A DNA stretch of 64,000 nucleotides from a virus (Duplodnaviria; Caudoviricetes): the IMG/VR virus record IMGVR_UViG_3300005739_000025; one strand, written 5' to 3'. The notes under the pieces are model-generated. The model was not told the origin of the DNA, ran no database searches, and worked only from the letters and a program-made list of their open reading frames with translations. Shown here piece after piece: positions 25,730 to 35,851 of this stretch (its first letter is position 1; every line of letters starts with the position of its first letter). Position numbers and translations under genes: made by a program.

Positions 25730-26686
25730 ATGGCTTATAATAAGGACTCAAGATCTATATTTGATAGATATGTAAATAAAATACTTCAAGAGGCAGGTGA
25801 AGGTGATGTAGCTCGTTCACAATTTAGTGATGAACCAGTAGATCCCAAAGCTCAAGCAGAAGAACTTAAAAAGCGCGCCGAAGCACTTAATGATGCAGCT
25901 AAAAAATACCCTGGTCAAAAAGTATTCTTACAACAAGATGGAACTTATGCACCAGCTTCACAAGCAGATAAACAGTTTACTGCAGTAGGCGATAAAAGCG
26001 CCCCTGGTGAAGGTTTTAACGCTGTTACAAAAGATAATCCAGAACCACCACCTACAGAGACAAAAACAGCAGCTGAAGTTCCAGCTACACAACAATTAAC
26101 TAAAACAACAACAAACCCACCAACTCCAGAAGAGATAAAACAATATGGTGCAACTGGTGCCGAATTAAGACAATCAAGCGGTGGGCAATTTATGTCTAGA
26201 GAAGACAGAACCAATCAAGAAAAGGTTGACGCTATTTTAGGAAAAGGCAAATACAAAGCAGGGTCAGCCGAAGCTAATTTAGCATTGGCAGATTATTTTA
26301 AGAAAAATCCCATATCTTCTAAAACTTCTGCAGCAGTACCCCCATCGACAACTCAACCATTACAAACAGTTAATACCGGAAGACCTGGCCAACCTGTGGG
26401 TAGTATTTCAACACCAGGAATTCAATCAACCCCAGGTTATAATGCAGAATTTAACCCCACAGCAAATAATCAGACACAAGGTAGTTCTATGAGCTTAAAA
26501 CCTTCACAACCTTCTTTAAGTGATCTTGGAATTCAAGTTACTTCAGGTCAAAAGCCCGTCACTACAACACCAGCTCCAGTAGCTCCAGCAGCTCCGACTT
26601 CCACAACACAACCCCCAAAACCTAAAAATAGAGCAGAAGCAGCAACTCTAGCTAGAAATAGAAACCCACAACCAAAAAGTGCATAA
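25730..26686 (+). CDS. Low-complexity (P/T/Q/A) putative internal head/ejected protein
   Basis: TAAATA 5 nt before ATG; leader MAYNKDSRSIFDRYVNKILQEA. Confidence 0.8.
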   Translation: MAYNKDSRSIFDRYVNKILQEAGEGDVARSQFSDEPVDPKAQAEELKKRAEALNDAAKKYPGQKVFLQQDGTYAPASQADKQFTAVGDKSAPGEGFNAVTKDNPEPPPTETKTAAEVPATQQLTKTTTNPPTPEEIKQYGATGAELRQSSGGQFMSREDRTNQEKVDAILGKGKYKAGSAEANLALADYFKKNPISSKTSAAVPPSTTQPLQTVNTGRPGQPVGSISTPGIQSTPGYNAEFNPTANNQTQGSSMSLKPSQPSLSDLGIQVTSGQKPVTTTPAPVAPAAPTSTTQPPKPKNRAEAATLARNRNPQPKSA

Positions 26687-26712
26687 TTATTTTATTAGAT
26701 ATAAATAGTTTA

Positions 26713-27405
26713 ATGGTTACTTTTAAGAGCTTTTTAAAAGAAGCAGTTCTACCACAACAACAAACTCAACAAGCATACCAAGGCGGTCAAGGTGGCGGCG
26801 GTAGAGTTACTCAATCTCATAATGGCACTAGAAATCAGCCTTTATCGCAGGCATTAGTAGTAACAATTCAAAAGGGTTTAGCTGGAACAGGTTTAGATTG
26901 GCATAGTTATAGTGGAGGTCAGCCCGCACGCGGCACGAGTAAAGCAAGAGTAGGAAGCACAAGACACGATAACGGTAGAGCTTCAGATGGTTATTTTAAA
27001 GATGCAGCAACAGGTAGAGTTTTAGACGCTGCAAATGCTGCAGATAGACAAAGAATAGCAGGCGCGTTAGGTAAGCTAAGACAGTCAGGTATTCAAGGTC
27101 TAGGCTGGGGCCCAGGGTATATGGGCACAAAAAACTTTCATATAGATATCGTCTCTCCAGAAATTTGGGGTGAAAATGGAAGAAGTGCAAACGCTCATCA
27201 ATGGGTCGTAGCTGCAGCGGGTGGAAGTGTTCTACCCCCTTCTTCATCCGAATATGGTATTGGACAAGACGGTCAAACAGCAGCTGCCGGTGGTGGACAA
27301 CAGCCTACTGCTTCTGATTATGATTCAGTAGGAGCCGCTGTTGGTGGGCTTCAATCTGGTGTTTCTAAAATTTTAGGAGGTATAAGTAATCCAACAAGCC
27401 TATGA
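26713..27405 (+). CDS. M15-type zinc peptidoglycan peptidase with internal-protein-like leader
   Basis: STRHDNGRASD (H-x6-D) and FHID zinc-ligand motifs; leader MVTFKSFLKEA. Confidence 0.7.
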   Translation: MVTFKSFLKEAVLPQQQTQQAYQGGQGGGGRVTQSHNGTRNQPLSQALVVTIQKGLAGTGLDWHSYSGGQPARGTSKARVGSTRHDNGRASDGYFKDAATGRVLDAANAADRQRIAGALGKLRQSGIQGLGWGPGYMGTKNFHIDIVSPEIWGENGRSANAHQWVVAAAGGSVLPPSSSEYGIGQDGQTAAAGGGQQPTASDYDSVGAAVGGLQSGVSKILGGISNPTSL

Positions 27406-28055
27406 AAACCTTTAAACAATTTTTATTAGAAATAAAACTAGTAAACATACCTTATGACGGTAGAACCGCCCCTACTAGGTATAATAATCCAGGCGGTGCT
27501 TACCCTTCATCATCGTTTGAAAAATTTGGAATGAAAGGTTACGGTATTATTGGTGGTGGCCATAAAATAGGATATTATGATAATGTAGCTGATGGTGTTG
27601 CTGCCAACATATATCATTTAAGAAAAATGCCAATTGTAGGTAAAACGGTAGCTGAAGCTAGAAATTATTGGGTTACAGGTAGAATGGGCGGTAGAAAAAG
27701 TTTGCCAGGTATGAATGATAATCAAGTCATTACTGCTGAGCTACTTAAGGATCATAACTGGTTAGCTGCTTGGATGGTAGCTACTGCAAAAGAAGAAGGT
27801 TTTAAAGGGACTTTAGATAGAAATGTATTTGATGCAGCGTTTAAAAAACTTGATAATGTGTCTAATTACGACCCTTCTAAAGCACCAGAATTACAAGGAA
27901 CTCAAGCAACAGGTGGTACCCCTCAACCAGGTACAGAAAATACACCAGGTGGTGAGGCTAATAATGCGCCAACCTATGAAACACCAGCAGCTGCTGTTGC
28001 AGGTTTGTTAGGCGGTTTAGATAAACTAAAAAAAGCGATAACACCGTCTCTTTAA
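27402..28055 (+). CDS. Lysozyme-like putative muralytic protein with leader
   Basis: TRYNNPGG...Y.....G..A....L...T..E...YW resembles the R.NNPG lysozyme-fold virion proteins; leader MKTFKQFLLE. Confidence 0.55.
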   Translation: MKTFKQFLLEIKLVNIPYDGRTAPTRYNNPGGAYPSSSFEKFGMKGYGIIGGGHKIGYYDNVADGVAANIYHLRKMPIVGKTVAEARNYWVTGRMGGRKSLPGMNDNQVITAELLKDHNWLAAWMVATAKEEGFKGTLDRNVFDAAFKKLDNVSNYDPSKAPELQGTQATGGTPQPGTENTPGGEANNAPTYETPAAAVAGLLGGLDKLKKAITPSL

Positions 28056-28069
28056 CATAAATAATTATT

Positions 28070-28939
28070 ATGGATCGCGATAGTAAGTTAATTTTTGAGA
28101 ATTATCATAAAAAAGTAATTTTAGAAGCTGACACAACACAAGAAAACGATGATGAAAGTTGGATGACATCTTGGTTAGGTATTCCCCCTGAAGTTGTCTT
28201 TCCGTTAAAAGTTTTAGATCCTACAGGTGTTTTAAGTTATGAGGATGCCTATAAAGCCATTAACAACTACTCAGAAAGAAGAGATGTACCATCTTTTGTA
28301 ATGATGTTACTTTCTATATTTTGTGCTCTACCCAATTTTGGTTTATTAGCCGCTGGTGTTGGAGGAGCTGGGTGGGCAGCAGTAAAATCAGGTGCGAGAG
28401 CAGCAGTGAAAGCAGGACCTCACGCAGCAATGTCATTTGGTGAAAAGCTACTAGCTGGAATTTCTAAAACCCCTGGTTTAGCACCTAAAGCGGTAAAAGC
28501 TGTTGATGAATTAGTAGCACAAGGAATAATAAAAGATAAAATGGCAGCTGCTGTACTAAAAGAAACATTTAAAACAGGTAGCTTAAATGGAGTGATAACA
28601 GGTTTAGGTAAAAAAGGATCTCTTACAGCTAAATATGGTGCAAAAAATGTGGAAAATATAATGAGTAAAATACCTATTAGTGGAAGAATGGCGACAAAAG
28701 CTGGTTTTGATACAAGTATTAAAAAAGGTATTTATGGTAAATTGGCAAAAACGAAGCTAGGTACAAGAGCATTAATGAATATTGGAGATTCTAATTTATT
28801 ACCGGGTAAACTTTATAAACCAAAATCATCTGCTTCTGAACAAGAGCAAGAACAAGAACCCCGTACATCCCCTGGTAAATCTAGAGAAGAAGTTTTAGAT
28901 CAATTAAAAAAACTTAGACAAAGAGCAGGATTAGAATAA
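28070..28939 (+). CDS. Gly/Ala-rich hydrophobic-helix protein with leader (candidate membrane-inserting ejection protein)
   Basis: MDRDSKLIFENY; FVMMLLSIFCALPNFGLLAAGVGGAGWAAV hydrophobic segment. Confidence 0.7.
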   Translation: MDRDSKLIFENYHKKVILEADTTQENDDESWMTSWLGIPPEVVFPLKVLDPTGVLSYEDAYKAINNYSERRDVPSFVMMLLSIFCALPNFGLLAAGVGGAGWAAVKSGARAAVKAGPHAAMSFGEKLLAGISKTPGLAPKAVKAVDELVAQGIIKDKMAAAVLKETFKTGSLNGVITGLGKKGSLTAKYGAKNVENIMSKIPISGRMATKAGFDTSIKKGIYGKLAKTKLGTRALMNIGDSNLLPGKLYKPKSSASEQEQEQEPRTSPGKSREEVLDQLKKLRQRAGLE

Positions 28940-28940
28940 A

Positions 28941-29954
28941 ATGACACCTTTAGAAATTTTAAATCAATTGAACAGTATTATTGAAGGAGCAGACGCAAGC
29001 GCTTTAGCCGATCCTCAAACTGTTCAAAGTATTGCTAATACTTTTTCCGGTGCGGTAAAATTAACTCTTAATAATCCTTCTGTATTATCTCAAAATTTTC
29101 AAGACTACGTTCAAGCAATTACAAATTTTAGTAATTTATCGGACCCCTTTTCTACTATTACTGAAAACGAATTAATAGGTACATCTTTTAACAAGATGAT
29201 GGATTTATTATCTAAATCTGGGCCATCAGAAAATGGTGAACAACCTTCTGACGAACAACCTCAATCACCAGAGCCTCAAGATCAGCCCCCCACACCACCT
29301 GCACCACCTGCTGCACCCGACAGAGATGCACCACAACCTCCTCCACCACCACCCACGCCACCTGCTCCTCCAAAACCTCCAGGTTCCCCAACAAACGTAC
29401 CTTCAGACTCTAAATCCCAAAAACCAGCACCTTCTTCAAACTCAAGTAAGGAACCCTCTGATTCAGAAGAATCGTTGTTCAGAAAATTTCATGGAACGAG
29501 CTTTGATCCAAAATCGTCAATGGATAAGAGAAAAATGGAAATGCTTAGACAAGCGGAAAAAGAAGTAGGTTCTAAAGATGAATCAAAACTAAGACAAGCC
29601 GCTTATGCACTACAATACGGTGGTAAACAACCTTCTTCTAGTAGTAAAACTACTTCTAAGTCACCAACAGTTAAGTTTGGTGATACTCAACAACCTACTT
29701 ATATTCAAGTTGCCGGTGGTAAATTTGTTCCTGCTTCCAATAAAGATGTTGCAGCTGGTAATCAAATATGGATTAAAAATCCGAGAAAAGGGCAAGGAGA
29801 AACACACAAGCCAAACTATGTTCAGGTTAGAACTGAAAAAGGTGAAAGCTTGAGACCCAAGTCTCAACTACCTGGTACACTAGGATCATTATCAAACTTT
29901 TTAGGCGACGTAGGCAATACGCTTGATAAAACATCAAGAAAACCAAGAAGATAA
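28941..29954 (+). CDS. Proline-rich hypothetical protein with leader
   Basis: MTPLEILNQLNSIIEG; PPTPPAPP tract; small domain LFRKFHGTSFDPKSSMD. Confidence 0.8.
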   Translation: MTPLEILNQLNSIIEGADASALADPQTVQSIANTFSGAVKLTLNNPSVLSQNFQDYVQAITNFSNLSDPFSTITENELIGTSFNKMMDLLSKSGPSENGEQPSDEQPQSPEPQDQPPTPPAPPAAPDRDAPQPPPPPPTPPAPPKPPGSPTNVPSDSKSQKPAPSSNSSKEPSDSEESLFRKFHGTSFDPKSSMDKRKMEMLRQAEKEVGSKDESKLRQAAYALQYGGKQPSSSSKTTSKSPTVKFGDTQQPTYIQVAGGKFVPASNKDVAAGNQIWIKNPRKGQGETHKPNYVQVRTEKGESLRPKSQLPGTLGSLSNFLGDVGNTLDKTSRKPRR

Positions 29955-29992
29955 TTCTTGATAATCAGTAAAAATATACTATATATAAATGT

Positions 29993-30721
29993 ATGAGAAT
30001 TGCTTTTAGTGGAGCTGCATGCACAGGCAAAACTACAACTGTTAACGCTTTTTTACAAAAATGGCCAAACTACACATTGGTAAAAAGCGATTACAGAAAA
30101 ATAATTAAAAAGACGAAAAAGCATAGTAAAAACGTTACACCAAAAAGTCAAAAAGAAATTTTGGATATTTTAATTAAAGAAAGTTCACCCTTTACACCCC
30201 ACGATAAGGTTTGTTATGATAGATGTGCACTAGACAATTTAGTTTATTCTCTCTGGGCACATGGATCGGAAAAAAAAGGATTTAGTGAAAAGTTTATTTC
30301 TCAAACAATTGAATCTGTAAAAGAAGCAATGAGATATCTAGATGTTATTTTTATATTTTCTAGAGACTTAATGCCTCCTAATATTGAAAGTGACGGTACA
30401 AGGGAAACGGACCCTATTTATGTTAAGGAGATAGATAATATTTTTAAAGCAATTGCCAAACAAGCTCAAGACGATATAGCCAAATCGCCTTTCTTTCCTA
30501 AAGATGATTCACCAGCAGTAATAGAAATTCATGGTACAACAGAAGAAAGATTAGCCCAAATTGCACTTTACGTAACACCAGAAGGTACTGCATATGGTGA
30601 AGAACAATCCGTATTTAATATGGAAGAGCTTAATAAAATGTATTCTTTACTAGCGGATCAAAAGCACTTACTGACTGATGAGCAAAAACAAAAGTTAGGA
30701 TTGTTGGATTTGAATAAATAA
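29993..30721 (+). CDS. P-loop nucleotide kinase-like protein (AAA_28/NadR-type)
   Basis: IAFSGAACTGKTT; CYDRCALDNLVYS. Confidence 0.8.
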   Translation: MRIAFSGAACTGKTTTVNAFLQKWPNYTLVKSDYRKIIKKTKKHSKNVTPKSQKEILDILIKESSPFTPHDKVCYDRCALDNLVYSLWAHGSEKKGFSEKFISQTIESVKEAMRYLDVIFIFSRDLMPPNIESDGTRETDPIYVKEIDNIFKAIAKQAQDDIAKSPFFPKDDSPAVIEIHGTTEERLAQIALYVTPEGTAYGEEQSVFNMEELNKMYSLLADQKHLLTDEQKQKLGLLDLNK

Positions 30722-30726
30722 GAGTA

Positions 30727-30936
30727 GTGAAAGACTACAATAGTAAGTTTAATAACATAATGGAAAATTTTGGTAGTATTCTTTTAAAAAAGAGAATGTT
30801 TTATCCTAGAAACTTTAAACTATCTGATAAATTTACTAATACATTAAAAGAAGAAATTAAAAGACTTAAAAAAGAAGGTCTTTCAGATTCTAAAATTATA
30901 GAAAAATTATCTAAGTGTATTAGATTTTATTGTTAA
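30727..30936 (+). CDS. Small basic late protein
   Basis: GTG 6 nt after TAAATA. Confidence 0.7.
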   Translation: MKDYNSKFNNIMENFGSILLKKRMFYPRNFKLSDKFTNTLKEEIKRLKKEGLSDSKIIEKLSKCIRFYC

Positions 30937-31544
30937 TCTAAACCTACAACAATAGTATAGGAATAAAATCTTTCAACCACAGACGATATATTTGAACTAA
31001 CGAATAAAGTGTATGTTGTATCGTTTCCTACCTCTACAGGTACACCACTTAATGAGAATGTGGTAAATTCTCCAGGGGATTGATAATAAGAGTTATAGTC
31101 TGGCGAAGAATATAGTCTCTTAACGTTTATATCTGAATTGGTAAAATCCGCTGCTAAAGTCGGTATTGTTACAACGATAGTAGCGGTGGTTTCGTTAGCG
31201 GCTATACTAAATTGTCTCTTTCTATATACAACACTACTTCTTGTTTGGTTTATAGCGCTTAATAATTGGATATCTGTTGTGTTTGATATTACTCTAGCTG
31301 ATAAGCTTCTATAGTCTGAACTAACAGCGGAAACAGCGGTAGATAAACTTATTTGCGAAGCAGACAAAGAAAATATATTGTTAGCTATTCCATTATAGAA
31401 ACTAGTATTTTGAGGACCTATAACAAAATCGCTAAAATCTAACTTGTTTGTACCAGCATTATTCTCTACAATCAAATAGTTACCAGCTAATATTTGTTCT
31501 AATTGTGGCAACTCTTTAACGTTAATTGTATTAAAATTATTCAT
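30933..31544 (-). CDS. Late protein, probable fibre-associated structural protein
   Basis: TAAATA 6 nt before ATG; I.ELP...I..G.YLIVE N-terminus, short coiled coil, beta-rich C-terminus. Confidence 0.7.
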   Translation of the reverse strand: MNNFNTINVKELPQLEQILAGNYLIVENNAGTNKLDFSDFVIGPQNTSFYNGIANNIFSLSASQISLSTAVSAVSSDYRSLSARVISNTTDIQLLSAINQTRSSVVYRKRQFSIAANETTATIVVTIPTLAADFTNSDINVKRLYSSPDYNSYYQSPGEFTTFSLSGVPVEVGNDTTYTLFVSSNISSVVERFYSYTIVVGLD

Positions 31545-31553
31545 TTAAAGTAT

Positions 31554-31919
31554 TTATCCTAATATTACAACCCTGTAATTAGCGGTATTTAAAATATTAG
31601 GAAATGATAATGTTATAGTATTAGTTGTAGTATGTAAAACTGTATAATTTGATGTTAATTGATAAAACGTTGTATTGTCATATACATTTGTGATTAAATC
31701 TCTAGAATTTAGATTATGAATAACTGTATAAACATTATCAGTTCCATTACCTATATTGGAAACAAATTTAGTACTACCTCCAATATAACTTTTCATGTAT
31801 TCACCTAAAGTAGATAATTTTAAGGTAAAGGTGTTAGAATCTTGTATAATCAATTTATCACCAGCACTTAAAAAGTTATTTTTTGTTGGTAATTGATCTA
31901 TAAAAACACTAGTAGGCAT
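31554..31919 (-). CDS. Late protein, probable fibre-associated structural protein
   Basis: IDQLP N-terminus; GNGTDNVYTVIHNLNSRDLITNVYD module seen in large-phage fibre proteins. Confidence 0.7.
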   Translation of the reverse strand: MPTSVFIDQLPTKNNFLSAGDKLIIQDSNTFTLKLSTLGEYMKSYIGGSTKFVSNIGNGTDNVYTVIHNLNSRDLITNVYDNTTFYQLTSNYTVLHTTTNTITLSFPNILNTANYRVVILG

Positions 31920-31946
31920 ACAATTTATTTAGGTAGATATTTAAAT

Positions 31947-31959
31947 GTTCCACTATAAT
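31947..31959 (+). promoter_or_regulatory. Early-type promoter heading the glycosyltransferase cluster
   Basis: GTTCC-ac-TATAAT, ATG 8 nt later: same geometry as the 305-3734 array. Confidence 0.75.
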
Positions 31960-31967
31960 ATATAATT

Positions 31968-32771
31968 ATGATTTTTGTAGGTATTGTAACTTGTAATCGT
32001 CCAGATTATTTTAATAAGTGCTATCAACATATAAAACAATGTTCGGATGTAGATTTTATTGCTGTTGTAAACGACGGTAAAGACGATGTTAATGTTGAGC
32101 AAGACACAATTTATATAAAGCATAAAAAAAATACTGGAGTAGGCAAAAGCAAAAACGATCTCTTTAATGCAGCATTAAAGATTAAAAGTATTGAACATAT
32201 ATTCATAGTTGAGGATGATATTATTGTTAAAGATTGTTCAGTTTTTAAAAAATATATAGAAGCAAAAGAATTGACAGGAATTAATCACTTCATGTTTGGC
32301 TATCACGGTCCCGCCAACAAGAATAATATATCTAAAGGACCCCCTTGTCCGCGTTACGTAATAGATTATAATATAATCAAATTAGCTATTAACACCCATT
32401 CGGTAGGAGCGTTTTGCTATTATAGTAGAGAGTGCTTGGAAAAAGTAGGGTTAATCGACGAAGAGTATTTAAATGCATTTGAACACGTAGATCACGACTA
32501 TAGATTAGCAAAAGCAGGGTACACAACACCTTATTGGAATTGGCCCGATCTAGCAAACAGTTGCGATTATTTAGACGAAATAGAATGTTCAGAAAACAGT
32601 AGTTCAATTAGACCTAGGACTGATTGGATGGAAAACATTAAAAGAGGAGCTGAAATATTTAGAAAAAAACATACATATTTACCAGCATGGCAAAATGCTG
32701 TACCTGATACCCCAAAACCAGAACTTATAAAAGTATTAAAAGAGATTAAGAAAAAGCACGGTAAAAAATGA
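31968..32771 (+). CDS. Glycosyltransferase family 2
   Basis: IVTCNR, VVNDG, GVGKSKN, FIVEDD, GLIDEEY..AFEHVD. Confidence 0.85.
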   Translation: MIFVGIVTCNRPDYFNKCYQHIKQCSDVDFIAVVNDGKDDVNVEQDTIYIKHKKNTGVGKSKNDLFNAALKIKSIEHIFIVEDDIIVKDCSVFKKYIEAKELTGINHFMFGYHGPANKNNISKGPPCPRYVIDYNIIKLAINTHSVGAFCYYSRECLEKVGLIDEEYLNAFEHVDHDYRLAKAGYTTPYWNWPDLANSCDYLDEIECSENSSSIRPRTDWMENIKRGAEIFRKKHTYLPAWQNAVPDTPKPELIKVLKEIKKKHGKK

Positions 32772-33562
32772 TAACATTTATTGTTTATATAAGAAAAGAT
32801 TCAGATGAAAGAACTAAAAATTTAAATTTAGTTTTACCGTATTATACTAACTTATTTCCTGATGCTAAATTTATATTCGTAGAAGATAGTAGTGAAAACT
32901 ATTTTAGTTACTTAAAAGATAAAAAAAATACCAAATATATATCTGTGTTGAATGATGGTCAGTATAACAAAAGTAAAAGCTACAATGTAGGCTTAGCTTA
33001 TGCAGATACAGATATAGTTTGCTTTTTAGATATAGACTGTATTGTTAGTAAGGAAAATATTCAAAAAGGGATTACAACATCTTTAGAATATAACAATATA
33101 TGTATAGGTTATAATGGAGTTAGTATATATTTCACATATAAAACTAAAAACAGTATAAATGAATCAGATAATCTTTATGATTATCTAGACTGCTTGGTAG
33201 ATAAAAGTAAGCTATATTTAAATTACGAAAATGAATATTATCTGGTTGGTAATCTTAAAGCAGTTGGAGGTTGTTTAATAGGGAGAGATGAGGTGTTTAA
33301 GGAGATTAACGGATTTAATCCTAATATTATTGGTTGGGGATACGAGGATAATGAAATAATAAAACGAGCCCTCAAGTTAGAAATTGATGTATGCTATATT
33401 AATACATCTAAACCTTACCTATTTCATCTCCCTCACGGTGTTGACGGGGTTGATAAAAGCAAACACGAACACTATGAAGAAAACTTTTATCTTTATAACA
33501 AAGTTTGTAATAGTTCAAAACTAAACTTGGAGGAATATATTAAAACATGGTCATTAATTTAG
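32768..33562 (+). CDS. GT-A glycosyltransferase (GT2/GT7-like)
   Basis: YNKSKSYNVG, FLDIDC, INGFNPNIIGWGYEDNE, FHLPH. Confidence 0.85.
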   Translation: MITFIVYIRKDSDERTKNLNLVLPYYTNLFPDAKFIFVEDSSENYFSYLKDKKNTKYISVLNDGQYNKSKSYNVGLAYADTDIVCFLDIDCIVSKENIQKGITTSLEYNNICIGYNGVSIYFTYKTKNSINESDNLYDYLDCLVDKSKLYLNYENEYYLVGNLKAVGGCLIGRDEVFKEINGFNPNIIGWGYEDNEIIKRALKLEIDVCYINTSKPYLFHLPHGVDGVDKSKHEHYEENFYLYNKVCNSSKLNLEEYIKTWSLI

Positions 33563-34350
33563 TAGATTCTAACTTTGAAGGAAGAGATTTAAAAGCTAAT
33601 CCAAGATTTTTTAAATGGTGCACTGATAATAAACAAGTTAGTGAAAATATATTTTTCACCGACTATCAGTTTAACATGGCTAATAAGTTAAAAACTGGAC
33701 AAAACAAAATAGCATGGTTATTAGAACCAAAAGCAATATTACCGGTAATATACTCGTATATTGAAGAACATTATACAGACTTTTATAAAATATTAACATT
33801 TGATAGAGATTTAATATCTAAAATAGATAACGGTCTATTTTGTCCTTATGGTACGTATTGGGTAGATGACAAAGTTAATTATGAAAAGAAAAGATTAGTC
33901 TCAATCATAGCCTCTTTTAAGAATACTACCAAGGGTCAGAATCTTAGACATAGAATTATAGAAAGCTTCGGTAACAAAATTGATGTTTATGGTAAACATC
34001 CGGACTATAAATTTGTTGAAAGTAAAAATGAAGCATTAGACAATTACTATTTTTCAATAGCGGTAGAAAATTCAATTCAAAATAGCTATTGGACAGAAAA
34101 ACTTTTAGATTGTTTTATGACAAAAACAATTCCAATATATTATGGAACTAGAGATGTTGTAAACTTCTTTAATAAAAGGGGAATAATATTTTTTGATAAT
34201 ATAGAACAGCTAAACTATATTTTAAACAATATATCACCTGACATTTATGAGGAGAGAAAAGAGTTTATCGAAGAAAACTATAATCTCGCAAAACAATATA
34301 AGGATCCAGAAGATTATATTTTCTACAACTATAAGGAACTACTAAAATGA
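33547..34350 (+). CDS. GT10-like (fucosyltransferase-type) glycosyltransferase
   Basis: YYFSIAVENS...YWTEKLLDCF..KTIPIYYG. Confidence 0.8.
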   Translation: MVINLVDSNFEGRDLKANPRFFKWCTDNKQVSENIFFTDYQFNMANKLKTGQNKIAWLLEPKAILPVIYSYIEEHYTDFYKILTFDRDLISKIDNGLFCPYGTYWVDDKVNYEKKRLVSIIASFKNTTKGQNLRHRIIESFGNKIDVYGKHPDYKFVESKNEALDNYYFSIAVENSIQNSYWTEKLLDCFMTKTIPIYYGTRDVVNFFNKRGIIFFDNIEQLNYILNNISPDIYEERKEFIEENYNLAKQYKDPEDYIFYNYKELLK

Positions 34351-35021
34351 CAGTAGACGTAATTATTCTTTCATATACAAAGAACGTTCAATATTATAAT
34401 ATACTACAAAAGTGTCTCACCACACTTAAGGCGTCCGAGGGTGTTGATGTTAATACTATAGTTGTTGAGACTAATAAAAAACTTAAGGACAAGTTAGATA
34501 CCCTTAAATTACCTATAGACAAATTCATAGTCCCAGACGATGAAAAGTTTAATTATAATAAATTTCAAAACTATGGACTAGAACATAGTAAAAACGATTA
34601 TATTTGTTTTTCCAATAATGACGTATTTTACGAGAAAGATACTCTTAAGACATTAGTAAAACATTTAGACAAATACGATTCGGTTAGTCCCTGGGAAAGA
34701 AGAATGTCATATATGTTTTTCCCTAAACCAGGCATTTATGAAGGCTATTCTTCTAGACAATATGTAACTGGATGGTGTATTATGACAAAACGTAAAACCT
34801 TGGATATAATTGGTAAAATGGATGAGAAATTTTCGTTCTGGTTTGCAGATGACGATTACTCTAAAATGCTTCAAATTAACAACCTTAAGCATGCTCTAAT
34901 TGGCGACGCGGTTGTTGATCATATGGTAGGACAAAGTCATGATTTATGGCCTCCTGAAGAAAGACATAATCAGACTGACGGGTTGGGTAAGGTGTTTGAA
35001 GAAAAATGGAACAAAAAATGA
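34347..35021 (+). CDS. Glycosyltransferase family 2
   Basis: FNYNKFQNYG, FSNNDV, GKMDEKFSFWFADDD. Confidence 0.85.
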   Translation: MTVDVIILSYTKNVQYYNILQKCLTTLKASEGVDVNTIVVETNKKLKDKLDTLKLPIDKFIVPDDEKFNYNKFQNYGLEHSKNDYICFSNNDVFYEKDTLKTLVKHLDKYDSVSPWERRMSYMFFPKPGIYEGYSSRQYVTGWCIMTKRKTLDIIGKMDEKFSFWFADDDYSKMLQINNLKHALIGDAVVDHMVGQSHDLWPPEERHNQTDGLGKVFEEKWNKK

Positions 35022-35851
35022 ACATATATGTAACTATGCCTGGTAATAGAATGGCAGGTTTAATGTCATACTTTATACAAGCAGTTAGTAATTTTAAAGT
35101 AATAGATAATACACAAGATAAGATGTATATCAAATACGACCACAATATGCTGTATTTGGATATGTCTAAATTAGAACTTAATGTATGGGATTATTATTTT
35201 GAACAACCATTTACTTTTACAAAAGAAGAAATTAAAGAAGCTAACGTTATTAAAGATGTATGGTTTAAAGGGGGTTTAGGAGTGTTTCCCACTAGACCTT
35301 CAGCTGAACTATACAAAGAAGCAAATAATCTAATTAAGAAGTATGTTAAGTTAAAAGAGTATACTCAAAATAAACTTGATACCTTTTATACTGAATCTGG
35401 CTTAAAGGATAGTAAATTTTTAGCTATACACAAAAGAGGAACCGATCACCATACTATGGACGCCGAACATCTTTTACCATTAATTAGGCCAGTTATAGCT
35501 TTAGAAAATTTCTTTAAACATACTGATGAAGTAGTAGATGATTTTGATAAAATTTTAATCTGCTCTGATGAAGAAGATATTGTTAATAAGTTTAAACAGA
35601 GATATGGTAATAAGATTGTTAGTTACGATAGTATAAGATCGTTAGATAGTAAACCTATTGGCATACATTACAGTATAGGAAGACAGAACCCTTATAAAAT
35701 GGGGGAAGATATTATTCTGGAAGTTTATTTAATGTCCAGAGCTCACACAATTATGAGAACAGTTTCAAACGTTTCCATATCAGTCATAATGTTGAATAAT
35801 GACATTAACGTTATTAATATAGATAAAGAAATTAACTACGAAAACCTATGA
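35018..35851 (+). CDS. NodZ/O-fucosyltransferase-like protein
   Basis: LAIHKRGTDH, ICSDEED, DIILEVYLMSRAH...SNVS; start at ATGA overlap. Confidence 0.7.
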   Translation: MNIYVTMPGNRMAGLMSYFIQAVSNFKVIDNTQDKMYIKYDHNMLYLDMSKLELNVWDYYFEQPFTFTKEEIKEANVIKDVWFKGGLGVFPTRPSAELYKEANNLIKKYVKLKEYTQNKLDTFYTESGLKDSKFLAIHKRGTDHHTMDAEHLLPLIRPVIALENFFKHTDEVVDDFDKILICSDEEDIVNKFKQRYGNKIVSYDSIRSLDSKPIGIHYSIGRQNPYKMGEDIILEVYLMSRAHTIMRTVSNVSISVIMLNNDINVINIDKEINYENL

